63,653 nt of DNA, filler included, from Octopus bimaculoides (GCF_001194135.2; 5 parts of 4 records of this genome joined end to end with filler, not necessarily neighbours in it), one strand, 5' to 3'. Counted from the first letter of the whole stretch, positions 1 through 14,254 are shown. Program-made: numbers and translations. Notes: a model not told the origin generated them from the sequence alone.

Positions 1-309
1 GCCAGTACCGCCTGACTGGCTCCCGTAGGATTTTCGAGTGAGATCGTTGCCAGTGCCCCTGGACTGGCTTGTGCGGGTGGCACATAAAAGACACCATTTC
101 GAGCGTGGCCGTTTTCGTGCGGGTGACACGTAAAAGCACCCACTACACTCTCTGAGTGGTTGGCGTTAGGAAGGGCATCCAGCTGTAGAAACTCTGCCAA
201 ATTAGATTGGAGCCTGGTGTTGCCATCCGGTTTCACCAGTCCTCAGTCAAATCGTCCAACCCATGCTAGCATGGAAATCGGACGTTAAACGACGATGATG
301 ATGATGATG
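1..309 (+). mobile_element. SINE 3' part ending in a (GAT)n tail, cut by the window edge
   Basis: GC/CpG-rich repeat ...GGCGTTAGGAAGGGCATCCAGCTGTAGAAAC...GACGTTAAACGACGATGATGATGATGA. The same motif recurs in decayed form at 12640-12730 and, inverted, at 17450-17650. Confidence 0.7.
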
Positions 310-1119
310 ACAGACACAGACACACACACACACACGTGCATACACACATTACACGTACATACCAGTTTATTATTGGAGAGTTGCCAAATACTAATATAGC
401 TGGTCTTGTAAAGATAAAAAAAATTATATTAATATTATTTGACATTTTGACTTCTGGTATTTTGTCATGTCAGCATTTTGTCATGTCAGCATTTTGTCTT
501 GTCAGCATTATGACTGTCAGCATTTTGACATTTGGCATTTTATCCAAGTACAACAACCATCAATACCACTATCATCATTATGCAGGATCATTTATAGGTT
601 GCTAGTATGCTAAAAATAGCAGTCAAAATTATTCAGATCACATTGTGCAGTCTTAAAAAGGAAAAAGACACAAAAACAAGAGATTCAATGTAGTTCTCAA
701 TATACAACGGATGGCCTGGTCAAGGCTGGAATGTTTAGGTCATAGATTTACTTAAAGAGGGTTGATTTTGGGTTAACCCTTTAGCATTTAAACTAACCAT
801 ATACGGCTCAGATATTCTACCTGTTTTATGTTCACACTGGCCATATCCAGCCTCTCACACCTACCCTACAATGTCATTGCAAAAATAAACAATCATATAT
901 ATATATTCAAAGTTTATGATTACTTCTGTCACTACTCAGAGTTTCACACTATATAGCAACGAAAGAGATTATTGATTTATTATTTTCAAGCCTGAAGGCT
1001 CAACATAACCAGAAAAATTTGCTGAGTAGCGACTCAGTGAATTATCACCTTCAAATAGATAAGTTCTATTTAATGATTTGAGTACTTTTTCTCTTATTAA
1101 CTTACTGAAACACATACAG

Positions 1120-1152
<33 letters not shown>

Positions 1153-1520
1153 TGCAACCTTGTGCACATGTGTGTGTGTGTGTGCATGTGTGTGAGTGCA
1201 ATCTTGTGAACGTGTGTATGAATATAAATATGCATACGGATAAACATCTAGATATACTGGAAGTAACATTATCTCTATGTGCAGATATCCAAATAAATAT
1301 CCATCTGGGTATTTTAATTAGTTCTGACTCAAGATATAGAGTGCTATCACAACATTAACTTTCATATTCCAATGAAGTATAACCATGTATGTATTGCGTA
1401 ACTTAATAATGTATAAATATATATGTGTGTTTGTGTGAATACATATACATATATCTATCTATATATATATATAGATAGATATAGATATGTGTGTGTATGT
1501 GTGTGTATATGTGTGTGTGC

Positions 1521-1557
<37 letters not shown>

Positions 1558-1806
1558 CGAGTGAGTATATGTACTTAAATATATATACATATATATATAT
1601 ATATACACACAGACACACATATATGTACTTATATATATATATATAGTATAGATAGATAGATAGATAGATATAGATATGTGTGTGCATGTGTGTGTGTATA
1701 TGTGTGTGCGTATATATATATATATATATATAAACGAGTGAGTACACATACTTAAATATATATACATATAAATATACACACACACACAGACACACATACA
1801 TGTACT

Positions 1807-1853
<47 letters not shown>

Positions 1854-4061
1854 ATACATATATGATATATATGCATTATGTATGTATATGTATACATATA
1901 TTATGTATGGCTATTTATATTTACATTTTCATACTTATGTATACACTCACCTATTTGCCAATATAATGGCCAGCACTCCCACTCCCCAACTGATAATTCC
2001 CACTATGTACCGTTGCCATGGTTACACAACTATTGGTGGAAAAAAATGAAGAAAATATAAGATCTGAGAATTGATTTCGCTAAAAGTTATAACATCAAAT
2101 ATTTCAGATGAAAAGCTGAATTACTGTTTTAGTGCAATTGTATGAATGCTATAAATTTGGTGCTACTGCTTTGGTAGGTGCAATTAAAGTGCATTTGTGT
2201 GATAAATGCAACTTTAGTGCTTATATGATAGGTTCAACTATGGTGAATCTGTGCAATAAATTTAACTTTAGTATTGTTAGATTGATGCATTTTCTGATAA
2301 ATTTAATTTGCTGTGAAAGGTGCAACTGTAGTGCATCTTTGCAATAAATTCAGTTTTTCGTACTGCTAGGATAGGAGCTACTATGGTACATTGGTGTGAG
2401 AAATTTAACTTTAGTACTGTGTAGCAAGCATGCTCACTCTTTACCTTTAGGTACCCATATTTTGGCTCATCATATGATGGTCAAGTCCATCTAGTTTTAC
2501 ACGGGCTGTCCACTCCTTAGCATGATAGATTGGCCAAGCGCACTGATATCGCTATTTAGGAGAAGCACTTCCCACTAATTCCTGAGTGTGGTGGATCATC
2601 ACGAGCATGTTTGGATAGTCAGCATGGGAGCAGTTTTATTCAGCTTTGCATCTTCAGTGAGGAGAGAATTGTCAGGAGATTTTCTTGTCATCATGCTTTG
2701 TGTTTTTACCATGCACCTCAACATGAACAAGAAACACAGTGAATCTGTGTATTTTAACAAACAGAAGTACCCATGTGTACCAGTTGCAGTATTTTCTTTT
2801 ATCAGTGAAATAAATGTGGCAGTCATCTTTAACTTGTCTTCGTATTTCTTGCTGTTCTTTATCTTGCTGTTTCTTATTAAACTCAAAGATATAATATTAC
2901 CAAAGTCTTGGCTTCATGCAACCTTTGTAACTACACTAAAACTGCTTTGATAAGTGCATCTGTGCAATAAATGTAATCATAGTGATGTTATGAGGAGTCT
3001 AGAAGTGTGATAAATGTATCTTTGATGCTATGGTCTGGTAAACACAAGTCACTTTATATGCAAGATGGATGGAAGTTTAATGCAGCTGTGTGAGAAATAC
3101 AACTTTAGTTGTGACCAATTTCTTAGATAAAATAACACAAGTATTGGACAATTAAACTGTAGACCATGAGTTTATATAACACTGTAGATATTTCATAGGT
3201 GTTTAGCCCCAAGTCAACCCTGATCCAGCAGACTCATTATAAAAATTGTTCCAAGCAGTAACATCCTGCCCTTTATTAAACTTAATAAACTGACCCTTGT
3301 CAGTTATAACAACAAGGGTTCCAGTGCATCAAATCAACACAACAGCCTGCTCACTTTGAAAGCTTAAAATTTATTTTATGGTTTATTATTGTTTATAGTT
3401 TTGAATTACATACATAAGGGGGCACCAAAATCTTTCAAGTGCTTAGATAGGGCCTCTATGGATCTTAATCCTGTAAGTGCTTAGATAGGGCCTCTGTGGG
3501 TCTTGATCCAGCTCTGACCTTACCTATCCAGTGAAGGTGACAGATGATGATATTATGAGAGCATAACATTTGCTGGACCAATTCCCAAGTAGACAGGCAT
3601 GAATCCTCATAGATAAGTTTGTTCAATCAATTCTCATTGAATTGAACAGATTGACTAGAATGCAGAGACTCTATGGGGTCAAATTTCCCCTCCTTGAAAT
3701 ATGGAAAACCAATTCTGTGTAGTTTTTTTCAGTAATAGTGCCTTCTCTGTACGCATATCTTGAGCAGTTTTGGTAGCTTTGGAACCTTGACTGAAAGCAA
3801 AGAGAAGTAGGTGTTGAAGATGCTGTTTTTTGGGGTTTTTTTTTTTTGTTTTCTACTTGGCACTCCATCACTGTATGTCTGAAAAGAGTTAAAGTTTATT
3901 CAAATTTCAGAAACAGTAAACAAAGGTTGTAGAGAAAGAATAGAGTTAGAAAAAACAAAGCCATAAAACACTATAGTAAAAATATTTTTCACATTAACTT
4001 AAAAAACATGGGAAAGAAACAAATGAATTCATCTGACAACCTAATATGTATGCATGTGTTT

Positions 4062-4172
<111 letters not shown>

Positions 4173-4235
4173 GAATTTATGAATGTGTGTGTTTGCTGAG
4201 ATAAAAATGTATCTTTGATACAGTTGAACAGATAA

Positions 4236-4560
4236 TATTGGGTCATCCCATAAATAATGCAGTTTTTTTTATACTTCCTTTATTTTTAAAAATTAAGATA
4301 AATAAAGTTCTTTTTTAATCTAAAATATACTGTCCTTCATTTTCTACAATGCTCTTCCATCTATCTGGTAGACTTGTAAGGCCCAACTTCCAAATTTCAC
4401 TTGTCCATGTGGGAAAAAATTCTTCAGTACTGTTCTAGCCTCGTCTGCAGAATTAGTATTTTTTCTGCCCAAATGATTTCGAAGACTCAAACTAGAACCA
4501 TGTGATTGGAAAACAAACTTCTTATCACTTGCACACAGGCACATCTGCACCTTGGCCATA
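4236..4560 (-). mobile_element. Mariner transposon 3' fragment with terminal inverted repeat
   Basis: Minus-strand frames give SLRNHLGRKNTNSADEARTVLKNFF and then LPDRWKSIVENEGQYILD*, a mariner C-terminus (frameshifted). It ends in TIR-like TATTGGGTCATCCCATAAATAATG at 4236. Confidence 0.8.
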
Positions 4561-4699
4561 CTTGTGCCTATATATATACAGCTAGAGAAACAGACAGATA
4601 GATGTGTATTTTATGTATGTGTGTGTGTGTGTGTGTGTTCAGATGAAATCCATTTATAATGAATACCAAGATAATAAACCTTTTAGTATGATAAAAAAT

Positions 4700-4837
4700 C
4701 AGCCAAAATCTTTCACTATAATGACAAAAGAAAACGTTAAAATAGCAGCCAGAATCTCTCACTATAATGACAAAAGAAAACATAAAAATAGCAGCCAGAA
4801 TCTCTCACTATAATGACAAAAGAAAACATTAAAATAG
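4700..4837. repeat. 46-bp minisatellite, 3 copies
   Basis: CAGCCAGAATCTCTCACTATAATGACAAAAGAAAACATAAAAATAG variants start at 4700, 4746 and 4792. Confidence 0.95.
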
Positions 4838-6280
4838 TTGGTAAAGTCAGACATACAGACGATATAGGGTATCAATTAAAGAATGGATAAATATGAAGGT
4901 TAAATGCCAGTTTGCTCGTCTTTAAAATGGTAAGATGTTTTATTTATAGCTGTATGAAACAAGAACAGTAAATTCAAAGCTATCACCTTTGTCACAAAAT
5001 TCAGTATTGGGATTTCTCCTCATTCATATGCTGGTTTCTTTTCTTCTGCTTAACCTATTGCCTGTCCAAAGCATTTTCATAACTTTATTCTAAATGTCCA
5101 TGCATGTTTTCAAACTTTTAGTTAGTTTTTGTTTCAGATGTTCTGAGTAATATAAAGCTTTTCTTTCATAAATCCAAAGCTACACTGGTGGTTAAAAAAA
5201 TTGGGAATGTGTAACATATACAATGTATGGACGCCAGGGAAATATGCCTTATATGTGACATGTGATTCACAGGACAAGCAGAGGATTAAGATTGTAGAGT
5301 AGTCTCATCTGAGTCAGGAGCAGTGAACAGCAATGCAAAGCTGAAAGAGGAAAGCAGAAAGTGCAGAGTCATGTTGACTATCCAGCCACATGTAAATGCC
5401 CCATGATGGCACCTCCACTGGTCAGCACAAACACTTGTTTGACAACTCACAGAGCAAATGTCAACTGACAACAGTAATAGCATCATAGGAAAAATGGACA
5501 GCAAGATGACAGAGAGGGATAATTTGCTGCTTTTTCTTTTCTCTGTTACATTCCTGTTTCAGTAAGTGACTTATGGCTGTCATCATGCCATGGTTTAAAG
5601 CAGTGGTCTGGCAACACAAGACACAGAGGAGCAGAGGTGCACAGTATGTGAGTGAGCATGGGAGACCTCATATTCTATACCAGTTTTACTTCTTGTCATC
5701 TGATCTTCCCGCTTTTATTTGTATCCTTTACTTAATCATCTGAAATAGAAATTGAACAAAACTTAAACAGCCCAATTCACTTCATTCTTTGCACATACTC
5801 TAAAAATATGCAAATTTCAATGCTCAAGACCGCAAGGAAACAGAAATTATTAATCAATTTATCAAATGTTAGTATAAATGAAAACATCCCAACTATGTCC
5901 ATCCCATCTGTTTTATAGAATTAGAAAATTTTTTCACATTAGCAAGAATGAAAACATTCAATCATCTTGTCTTTTTAATGGAATCAGAAATTTTCAACAA
6001 TAATCATCCTATTTTTTATGGATTCAGAGATTTTTCACATTAATAAGAATAAAAGTGTCTGAGCTGTGCCCATCCCATCTTTTCCTTTCAGTTCAAATTT
6101 CAACTCGGAGACAATACACATGAAGATTAATAAATGATCAATAGAAATCAAAAATAATAAAATTTGATAAAATTTATGATAGAAAAATTTAATAAATATT
6201 ATTATAAACACAATTTATGAAGAATCTCAATAGTTATTTTTGCAATCATGTGTAATTATGATTTCAAATTCAAATTTTTG

Positions 6281-6465
6281 TCACAAGGGGAGGGGATTAA
6301 GTCAATTACATCGAGCCCATGGTTCCACCGGTACTTAATTTATTGGCCCTGAATGGATGAAAGGCAAAATCGACTTCGGCAGAATTTGAACTTAGAACGT
6401 AGCAATGGGCAAAATGCCACTAAGCATTCTGTCCAACATGTTAATGATTCTGCCAGCTTGCCAAC
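6281..6465 (-). mobile_element. tRNA-derived SINE, CpG-decayed copy
   Basis: Reverse complement matches the family seen at 57025-57210 and 57810-58660 (GAGTTCAAATTC box B, GTCGACTTTGCCTTTCATCC...AAGTACC body), with most CpGs mutated. Confidence 0.8.
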
Positions 6466-6499
6466 TTGAAATCATGTGTAACAATGCACACAACAATAT

Positions 6500-7050
6500 A
6501 CAGTAATCCCTCACCATATCACTGTGATGGTGGTGGCGGCGGCAGTGGTGGTGGCAGTGGTGGTGGTGGTGATAGCTGTGGTGGTGATGGTGGTATTGAC
6601 GGTGGTGGTGATAGTGGTAGTCGGGTGGTGATAGCTGTGGTGGTNNNNNNNNNNAGCTGTGGTGGTGATGGTGGTATTGACGGTGGTGGTGATAGTGGTA
6701 GTCGGGTGGTGATAGTGGTGGTGGTGATAGTAGTAGTGTTGGTGGTGGTGGTGGTGGTGGTGGTATTGGTTGTGGTGATGTTGATAATGGTGGTGACGGT
6801 AGTGATGAAGGTAACAGCAGAGGTGATGACAGTGGTAGCAATGGTTGGTGCTTGCAGCAGTGGTGGTAGTGGTGGTAAAACTGCTGCTGTTGTGGTCGTG
6901 ATGGTAGTAGCGGTTGTGATGAAGGTGGTTGTGGTGATGGCGGGGATAGTGGTGATGACGATGATGGTGATGATGGCAGTGACGCTGCTGTAGTTGTATG
7001 GTGGTGAGGAGGTGGCAGTGGCGGCGGTAGTGTTGGCGGTAGTTTGTAAT
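6500..7050. repeat. Compound (GGT/GAT)n low-complexity tract
   Basis: Degenerate GGT/GAT/GTA triplets. This tract is the source of the poly-His, poly-Val and poly-Thr ORFs. Confidence 0.9.
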
Positions 7051-7472
7051 ATTGAAATAATTATGTATTTTGATGACTGGAATCAAGAAATATTTACTTA
7101 ATTGCTTTGTCTGATTTTCCGAGAGGAAATGTTAACATACAAAATTGTTGGATATCAAAGTAGTGCGAATTTCATAGTGATTAATTGTTTAAATAATTGG
7201 TTTAACTAATTTGTTGACACTACTACTACTACTGCTACTGCTGCTGCTGCATCTGTTGCTGTTGTTGTTGTTGATATTGTTGTTATTGTTGCTAATATTC
7301 TTGTTTAACTCCTTCATCGAATTTGATCATAGTTCTGCTCCATCAGAGCAGAACTATGATCAAAAGCCTTCCAACCATGGCCTTCCCAATTATTGTTTTT
7401 TTTTTTCCTTATTTTCACCCTATTACACTTACCTAGCCCCCACACCTCTTTTTTTTTTTTGTTCCTCTAGCT

Positions 7473-7727
7473 CAGTGGTTCTCAGTGTGTATACACCCTT
7501 TGATTATATTTTACTCCATTGCCAGTCAATGTATATAAAAGAAAAATCTTAGTGTAGTTTTATAATTAAATATTATTAGGAATTGTATAAAAAAAAAATT
7601 AATTAAAATATTTTGTGTATTGTAAAAGTATTAGCAATTCATTGCAGATAAATTTTAACAACAAAATAGACCCCTAAGGGCCATACGGACACCCAAAGGC
7701 CTTATGGGCCCTGGTTGAGAAACACTG
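7473..7727. mobile_element. hAT (Charlie-like) MITE
   Basis: Ends CAGTGGTTCTCA (7473) and TGAGAAACACTG (7727) form near-perfect TIRs of hAT type. The 8-bp flanks match only partly (ctctagct/ctctcata). Another CAGTGGTTCTCAA end is at 9808. Confidence 0.7.
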
Positions 7728-7755
7728 CTCTCATATTCACTGTGTCCCTTGACTT

Positions 7756-7942
7756 CATATCTCTCTTTCTCTCTCTCTCTTTCCCTCTTTCTCTCTCTCT
7801 CTTTCCCTCTTTCTCTCTCTCTCCTTCTCTCCCTTTCTCCCTTTATCTCTCCCTTTTTTGTCTTTCTCTTTCTCTCTCTCTCTTTCTCTTTCTCTCCCTC
7901 TCTCTCTCTTTCTTTCTCTCCCTCTCTCCCTTTCTCTCTCTT

Positions 7943-7979
<37 letters not shown>

Positions 7980-8175
7980 CTCTCCCCCTCTCTCTCTCTC
8001 CCTTTCTTTCTCTCTCACTCTCCCTTTCTTTCTCTCTCACTCCCCTTTTCTCTCTCTCTCTCCCTTTCTTTCTCTCTCACTCTCCCTTTCTTTCTCTCTC
8101 ACTCTCCTTTTCTCTCTCTCTCTCTCCCTTTCTTCCTTTATCTCTCTCTTTTTTGTCTCTCTTTCTCTTTCTCTC
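7756..8175. repeat. (CT)n/(CTTT)n polypyrimidine tract
   Basis: About 420 nt that are almost exclusively C/T. Confidence 0.95.
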
Positions 8176-9084
8176 CCTGGTGGAGGTGGTGGTGATGATT
8201 TCTTTTGTGCCATAAACCATTTACTATTTTTGTGGTGCCCCCTCCTTCCCTTGATGACCTAAGCACGTGCTTATTTTCCTTAATGGTTAATCCAGCACTG
8301 ATTCACAAGGCTTTGGTCAGCCCAAGGTTACAGTAAAAGACACTTACCGAAGGTGCCATGCAGTGGGACTGAACCTGGAGTCATGTGGTTGGTAAGCAAG
8401 CTCCTTGCCATGCAGCTGCACCCTCATAACCATTTGGTTTTTTAAAAATCCCTGAGGTGGTGGGCTGAGCAAAGCCCAAGGGCTACCACAACTGGTACAC
8501 ACTCTAGCTATACAACTTCAATAGTTACCTACATGATATTGTTATGAAAGCAGCGTTGCACAACTCTTACTGCTTCAGTCTTCCTGGTTGACAATAGCTT
8601 CCACTACAATACCTCAGATGAGTGCTTAGTAATAAGAATGACGCCATTTCTACAATAATAATAATAGCTACAAATGAAAAACAAATATTTCAACCATATT
8701 AGAACAGAAAAAAAAATTGACTTAAAGCAGTACAAAAGAAAATCTAGATGAAGAACTACCATCAGATAAGTTGATTGTTCATCAATGATTTGTTTTAGAA
8801 TTGGAAGACATTTGCAAATATTGGTAAAATCATTTCCATTATGCTATACAGTTCTTTGTAGTTCTACTGGCAACATTTTGTCAAGTAAAACACAATATAT
8901 TCATATATTGGGTAACCTGACATTTATTTCCAATACATATTGATCACAGCTTTGATATTTATTCCTTATTTAAAAAGATAGGATCATGAATTAGCAGTAA
9001 AAATAGGGGATTGGTTTAACTACATTACAAAATTTTTCGCAATCCAGAATTTAAAGAATCTAGTCATTACAATGTTTATGAATT

Positions 9085-9790
9085 TAAGGGCAGCGAGCTG
9101 GCAGAAACTGGGTGCAATTCTTAGTAGTATTTTGTCTGTCCTTACATTCTGAGTTCAAATTCTACTGACTTCCCTCCCCAAAATTTTTGGGTTTTGTGCC
9201 TAGAGTAGAAAAGAATATTTATGAATTTAGGTCAACCAGAATTTAAGGAATCCTCATTATCACAATATTTGTGTCTCCTTGTCATGTTATTACATGATAG
9301 TTTTTTAAGGCAGCAAGCTGGCAGAATCGTTAGCATGCCTGGCGAAATGCTTAGCAGTAGTTTGCCTGCTGCTACGTCCAGAGTTCAAATTCTACTGAGG
9401 TCGAGTTTGCTTTTCATCCTTTTGGGGTCAATAAATTAAGTACCAGTGAAATACTAGGTCAATGTATTCAATTAGTCCCCTCCACCAAAATTTCAGACCT
9501 TGTGTCTATAGTAGAAAGAATTACATGATAGTTATTTTTTTTTTACCTTTTCCAGTCATGGCAACTCATAAGGGCCAGTTTCCTGGTCTCCATGGCGTAT
9601 AAATTCCCCACTTAGATGGGATGCCAGTCCATCACAGGATTACTCATTTTTGCCAGCTGAGTGGACTGGAGCAATGTGAAATGAAGTGTTTTGCTCAACA
9701 CCACAATATATCGCCCAGTCCAGGAATCGAAACCACCATCTTATGATCATGAGTCCAATGCCCCAACCACTAAGGTACATGCCTCCACTT
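9085..9790. mobile_element. Cluster of CpG-decayed SINEs: two + copies (9085-9520) and one - CORE-type copy (9550-9790)
   Basis: GGCAGCGAGCTGGCAGAA heads with GAGTTCAAATTC box B. The minus copy carries ACTCATTTTTGCCAGCTGAGTGGACTGGAGCAA, shared with 45378-45701. Confidence 0.75.
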
Positions 9791-10024
9791 ACATGACAGT
9801 TGTAAATCAGTGGTTCTCAACAAGGGTTCATATGATCCTTGGGGGTCCATGTAAGATTTTACCAATAAAACTTATGAGCAATGAATTGGTTATAATTCTA
9901 CAATACACAAAATATAACAATTTATTACACAATACCTTATAATGTTTAATTATCAAAATATGATCTTTGCTCTTTTGCTTGTTTCAGTCATTTGACTGCA
10001 GCCCTGCTAGAGCACCGCTTTTAG

Positions 10025-10591
10025 TCAAGCAAATTGGTTGTCGGTCAATTTGTGCGGCACCCATTTCTGACGTATTTTTGTTTTTCCAATCTCTTTCAAG
10101 CAGTTGGAAATTGTTGCATACATTATGTCTAATTCAGAAGCAAGCTCTTGAACATTTGTGTGTGAATTGGCTTCCATTAAGGCTCTTAGTTGATCATTGT
10201 CAACATGCAATGGCCGACCACTATGCTTATCATCGTCAAGACTCGTCACCGCTACGAAGTTTCTTGAGCCACCATTGTGCTGTATGTTCATTAGTGGTTC
10301 CTGGGCCAAAGGAATCGTTGATATCGCGAGCTGTTTCAGCAGCTTTTCGGCCTAGCTTGAACTGGAATAAGAAAATTGTGCAAATTTTCTTTTTGTCCAT
10401 GTTGTATTCAACGTTCCAGAAAAAATGGCCTAATTATTCAAAAAGAAAAAGAGTAACATGATTAGATAAAGCGAAAAATGGGCTTTAAAATGATATATAA
10501 AGTCGAAGTAATTTAACGAAAATTAATTTGAAAATACATCATTTAATACCAAAATTTAAAATTCCACAAGAACTTTCTTGACAACCTAATA
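10025..10591 (-). mobile_element. Mariner transposon 5' fragment (HTH region) with left TIR
   Basis: SLDDDKHSGRPLHVDNDQLRALMEANSHTNVQELASELDIMYATISNCLKEIGK is a mariner N-terminal HTH region. The TIR is TATTAGGTTGTCAAGAAAGTT on the minus strand at 10591. Confidence 0.85.
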
Positions 10592-10798
10592 AATGAATGG
10601 GGGACCATAATAAAGGAGTGAAATCCATTTCAAATCTTCTATGACATCATGCCCAGTCATGGTGAAATATAGCTTTGCTTGAAACCAGTGAGGGTTGGGG
10701 ACAGGAGGGGCATTGATCATAGAAAATCTATCTCAACACGTTTCATCTGACCCAACAAGCATGAAAGAGTGGACATTAAAAAAGTATGAAAATGGTGG

Positions 10799-10829
<31 letters not shown>

Positions 10830-11904
10830 GAAGAGGAGGATAAGGATAACAATGACAACAACGATGATGAGGACAACAATGATGATGATGACACTTCACA
10901 AATGTAATCTTAGACATACAAAATGATGGGACGGTCATGGTTGGAATGACTTCAATCATAGGTCTGTTTAACCAGAGTAGGCTTCAGGTTTAGCATCAAC
11001 AGTAACAACAACAACAACAACAACCAATATGCTTAATCATAAGAAATCGATATCATGACAGTAATTGTATTTTTGTTACTTTCCAGTCTAAGAATTCATT
11101 ATGAGAAAGCAATTAAATATATCTACATATGTATATATGTATGTATGAACGTATGTATGTATGTATGTATGAATGTATATATATATATANNNNNNNNNNN
11201 NNNNNNNNNNNNNNNNNNNNNNNNNNNNNNNNNNNNNNNNNNNNNNNNNNNNNNNNNNNNNNNNNNNNNNNNNNNNNNNNNNNNNNNNNNNNNNNNNNNN
11301 NNNNNNNNNNNNNNNNNNNNNNNNNNNNNNNNNNNNNNNNNNNNNNNNNNNNNNNNNNNNNNNNNNNNNNNNNNTATATATATTAAACTGCACTGGCAAA
11401 TATATATTTATACATACACACACACACACACACACACACATATATGTGCGTGCATGTGAGTGTGTGTGTGTGTGTATAAATATATATTTGCCAGTGCAGC
11501 TTAATACATATGGTGCCAAAATTCAGAGATAATATTTTCCTAGGAGATTGATACAGTTGTCAGACATTTCCAATATTAATTTCAGGTTTATGAGATACAT
11601 ATCAAAGATATAATTCTTTATATTGATACTTTGTTCCAAATAGCAGCACAAAGTAGAGAGCAGTGAATTCTTTGGAACTGTCCCTTTTAATTTCCAAAGA
11701 TACTTGTGATACTGGTTGTTTCTGTAAAAGACTTTCTGTCAACACCTTATATGTATGAACACATGCACTCAGAGACATATTCTCTCTCTCCCTCTTTCTC
11801 TCTCTCCCTCTTTCTCTCTCTCCCTCTTTCTCTCTCTCTCTATTTCTCTCTCTCCCTCTGTATGCATATGTGTGTGTGTATATATATATATATATCTATT
11901 CTTT

Positions 11905-12100
11905 TATTCTTTTACTTGTTTCAGTCATTTGACTGTGGCAATGCTGGAGCACCACCATTAGTCGAACAAACCAATCCCAGGACTTGTGCATTGTAAGCCT
12001 AATACTTATTCTATCAGTGTGTTTTGCCAAACTGCTAAGTTACAGGGATGTAAACACACCAGCATTGGTTGTCAAGAGATGGTGGAGAGACAAACACAGT
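11905..12100 (-). mobile_element. SINE 3' segment, CpG-decayed; homolog of 40772-40965
   Basis: Colinear with the reverse complement of 40772-40965. A further old copy is at about 37100-37340. Confidence 0.8.
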
Positions 12101-12414
12101 TACACAAATACAAACATATATATATATATATATGAAGGTTAGACAGGGCAAGTCGTTTTTATGCAAAACCAGTTGTTAAACATGTAGTTGGACTGTCCTA
12201 ACTATGCCACTGATGTTGTCCAAGGCAAATGCAAGGGCTGATGCACCTTGGAACCCATGTCATCACAGATGAAACTGGAACATAAAAAAGTTAGAATAAA
12301 TACCACAAGGCATCTTTTCCAGTGTTATAATAACAATCCCACCAGTCACTGCCCTGGACTGGTACTTACTGTGGATTTGGTAGAGGGAAACTGAAAGCAG
12401 CCCATCATATATGT

Positions 12415-12503
<89 letters not shown>

Positions 12504-12719
12504 CTTACTCTTGATATCGCATGTAAAAGTTGTAAAATATCTCCATCCTGCAAGCAGTGTCCTTTGTTCCTAGTCTTCCATGAAACTCACCTGGCCATGG
12601 GGAAATATTACCTTACTTGAAAACAGGTGAGGGTTGGTGACAGGAAGGGCATCCAGCTGTAGAAAATCCACCAAAACAAATTTTGATCAACCGATGCAAG
12701 TATGGAAAAGTGGATGTTA

Positions 12720-12955
12720 AAATGACGATGACAACTACGACGATGACAATTACAACAAGAACGACAACAACAACAACGGCAATAATGATGATGACAACAA
12801 TGATGACAATGACGATGACAATGACGACGATGATGACGCCAGCGATGACGATGACGATGACAATGACAATGACGACGATGATGACAACAATGACGACGAT
12901 GATGACAATAATGATGACGACAATGACAACAACAACAACGACGAAGACAATGATG
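12720..12955. repeat. Compound (GAT/GAC/AAC)n tract grown from a SINE tail
   Basis: Directly follows ...GGAAAAGTGGATGTTAAAATGACGATGA, the same tail as positions 280-309. Confidence 0.85.
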
Positions 12956-14158
12956 CCAGAAGAATATAAGGCAAAGTTGAACTCACCAGGTTTTGACCTT
13001 AGAACTTAAACTATTCGAACAAATACTACAAGGCACTTGCTCTAACACTTTTGCAAATTCTAACTGTGAAATAAAATTTGACTGACAGAACCTAAGATCA
13101 TAGCAAAAGAACTTAGGTATTGAACAAGCTAAAGCTAACTTTAATTCATCATTATTCTGTATACTCTGTAAAGTTTATTTCTCCCCAGCTGTCATGATGC
13201 CAAGCAGAAACATCTCAGCCAAATAGAAACGTCTTTCTTAACTCACATGAGGGCCAGCCAATTTCTCTAATAATGTTAGTTTGATAATTTAATAAATGTT
13301 TAAAAATTCCTAATAAAGCAATATTTCGTGAAAATTTATAAATTCAGAATACTAAGATATGTTCATACATTTAAAATTTATAGTCTTATTATGGCATAAA
13401 ACTCTCGGGATAGACATTGTACGTAAATATTCAGTAGTACAACGTATACATTAACCAGACTGTACTTTCATCATCATCATCATCGTCATCATTTAACATG
13501 CTTGACATGAATCAGATGAAGCTTATTGAGGCAGATTTTCTACTACTGGATACCTTTCCTGTTGCCAACCCTTACCTCTTTTCAAGCAAGCTACTATTTT
13601 ATTTCCCCAAGGCCAAACATGTGTTTTTTACAGGAGACAGAAAAATGAACCACCTTGATAGTTATGATGATGCTCATTTACAAAGTTGCACACACACAGA
13701 ACATAAGGACAGATAAAATACTGCTAAGTATTTCACCAAGTGTGCTAGTGATTTGACCAGCTTGCTGCCTGTATAGGTATATTCATCATAATGTATTGTA
13801 TGAGTTGTTCTGATCACATTGCACAATGTTAACATAAATATACTACGGTTTACTAATTTGATTTTTAATGCTCAACGTTGTGTAGGTGTATTGATTGTAA
13901 TTAAGCCTATCATATGAATTATTCTGATCAAACTGTAGAACTTTACTGCAAAAAACCCATAAATTTTCTTGGCTATTAAAACTACTTAAACATGTTGTTG
14001 TTGCGCAACAGATCAATCCTAATGAAGCAATGTAAAGGCTGCCATGTTTGCTTGTATATCTAATTTATAATGCTGTATAATGTTATATAATATATCTGAT
14101 TATCTATGTAATATACATCATACATTAACAACTAAACAGTATATAATATACATACATA

Positions 14159-14254
<96 letters not shown>

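Noticed and set aside
5286-5504. Cys/His-containing 72-aa ORF
   Set aside because: There is no motif, no splice support, and stops occur in the alternative frames.
6573-6714. About 60-bp direct repeat around a 10-N gap
   Set aside because: Most likely overlapping contig ends duplicated by the assembler.
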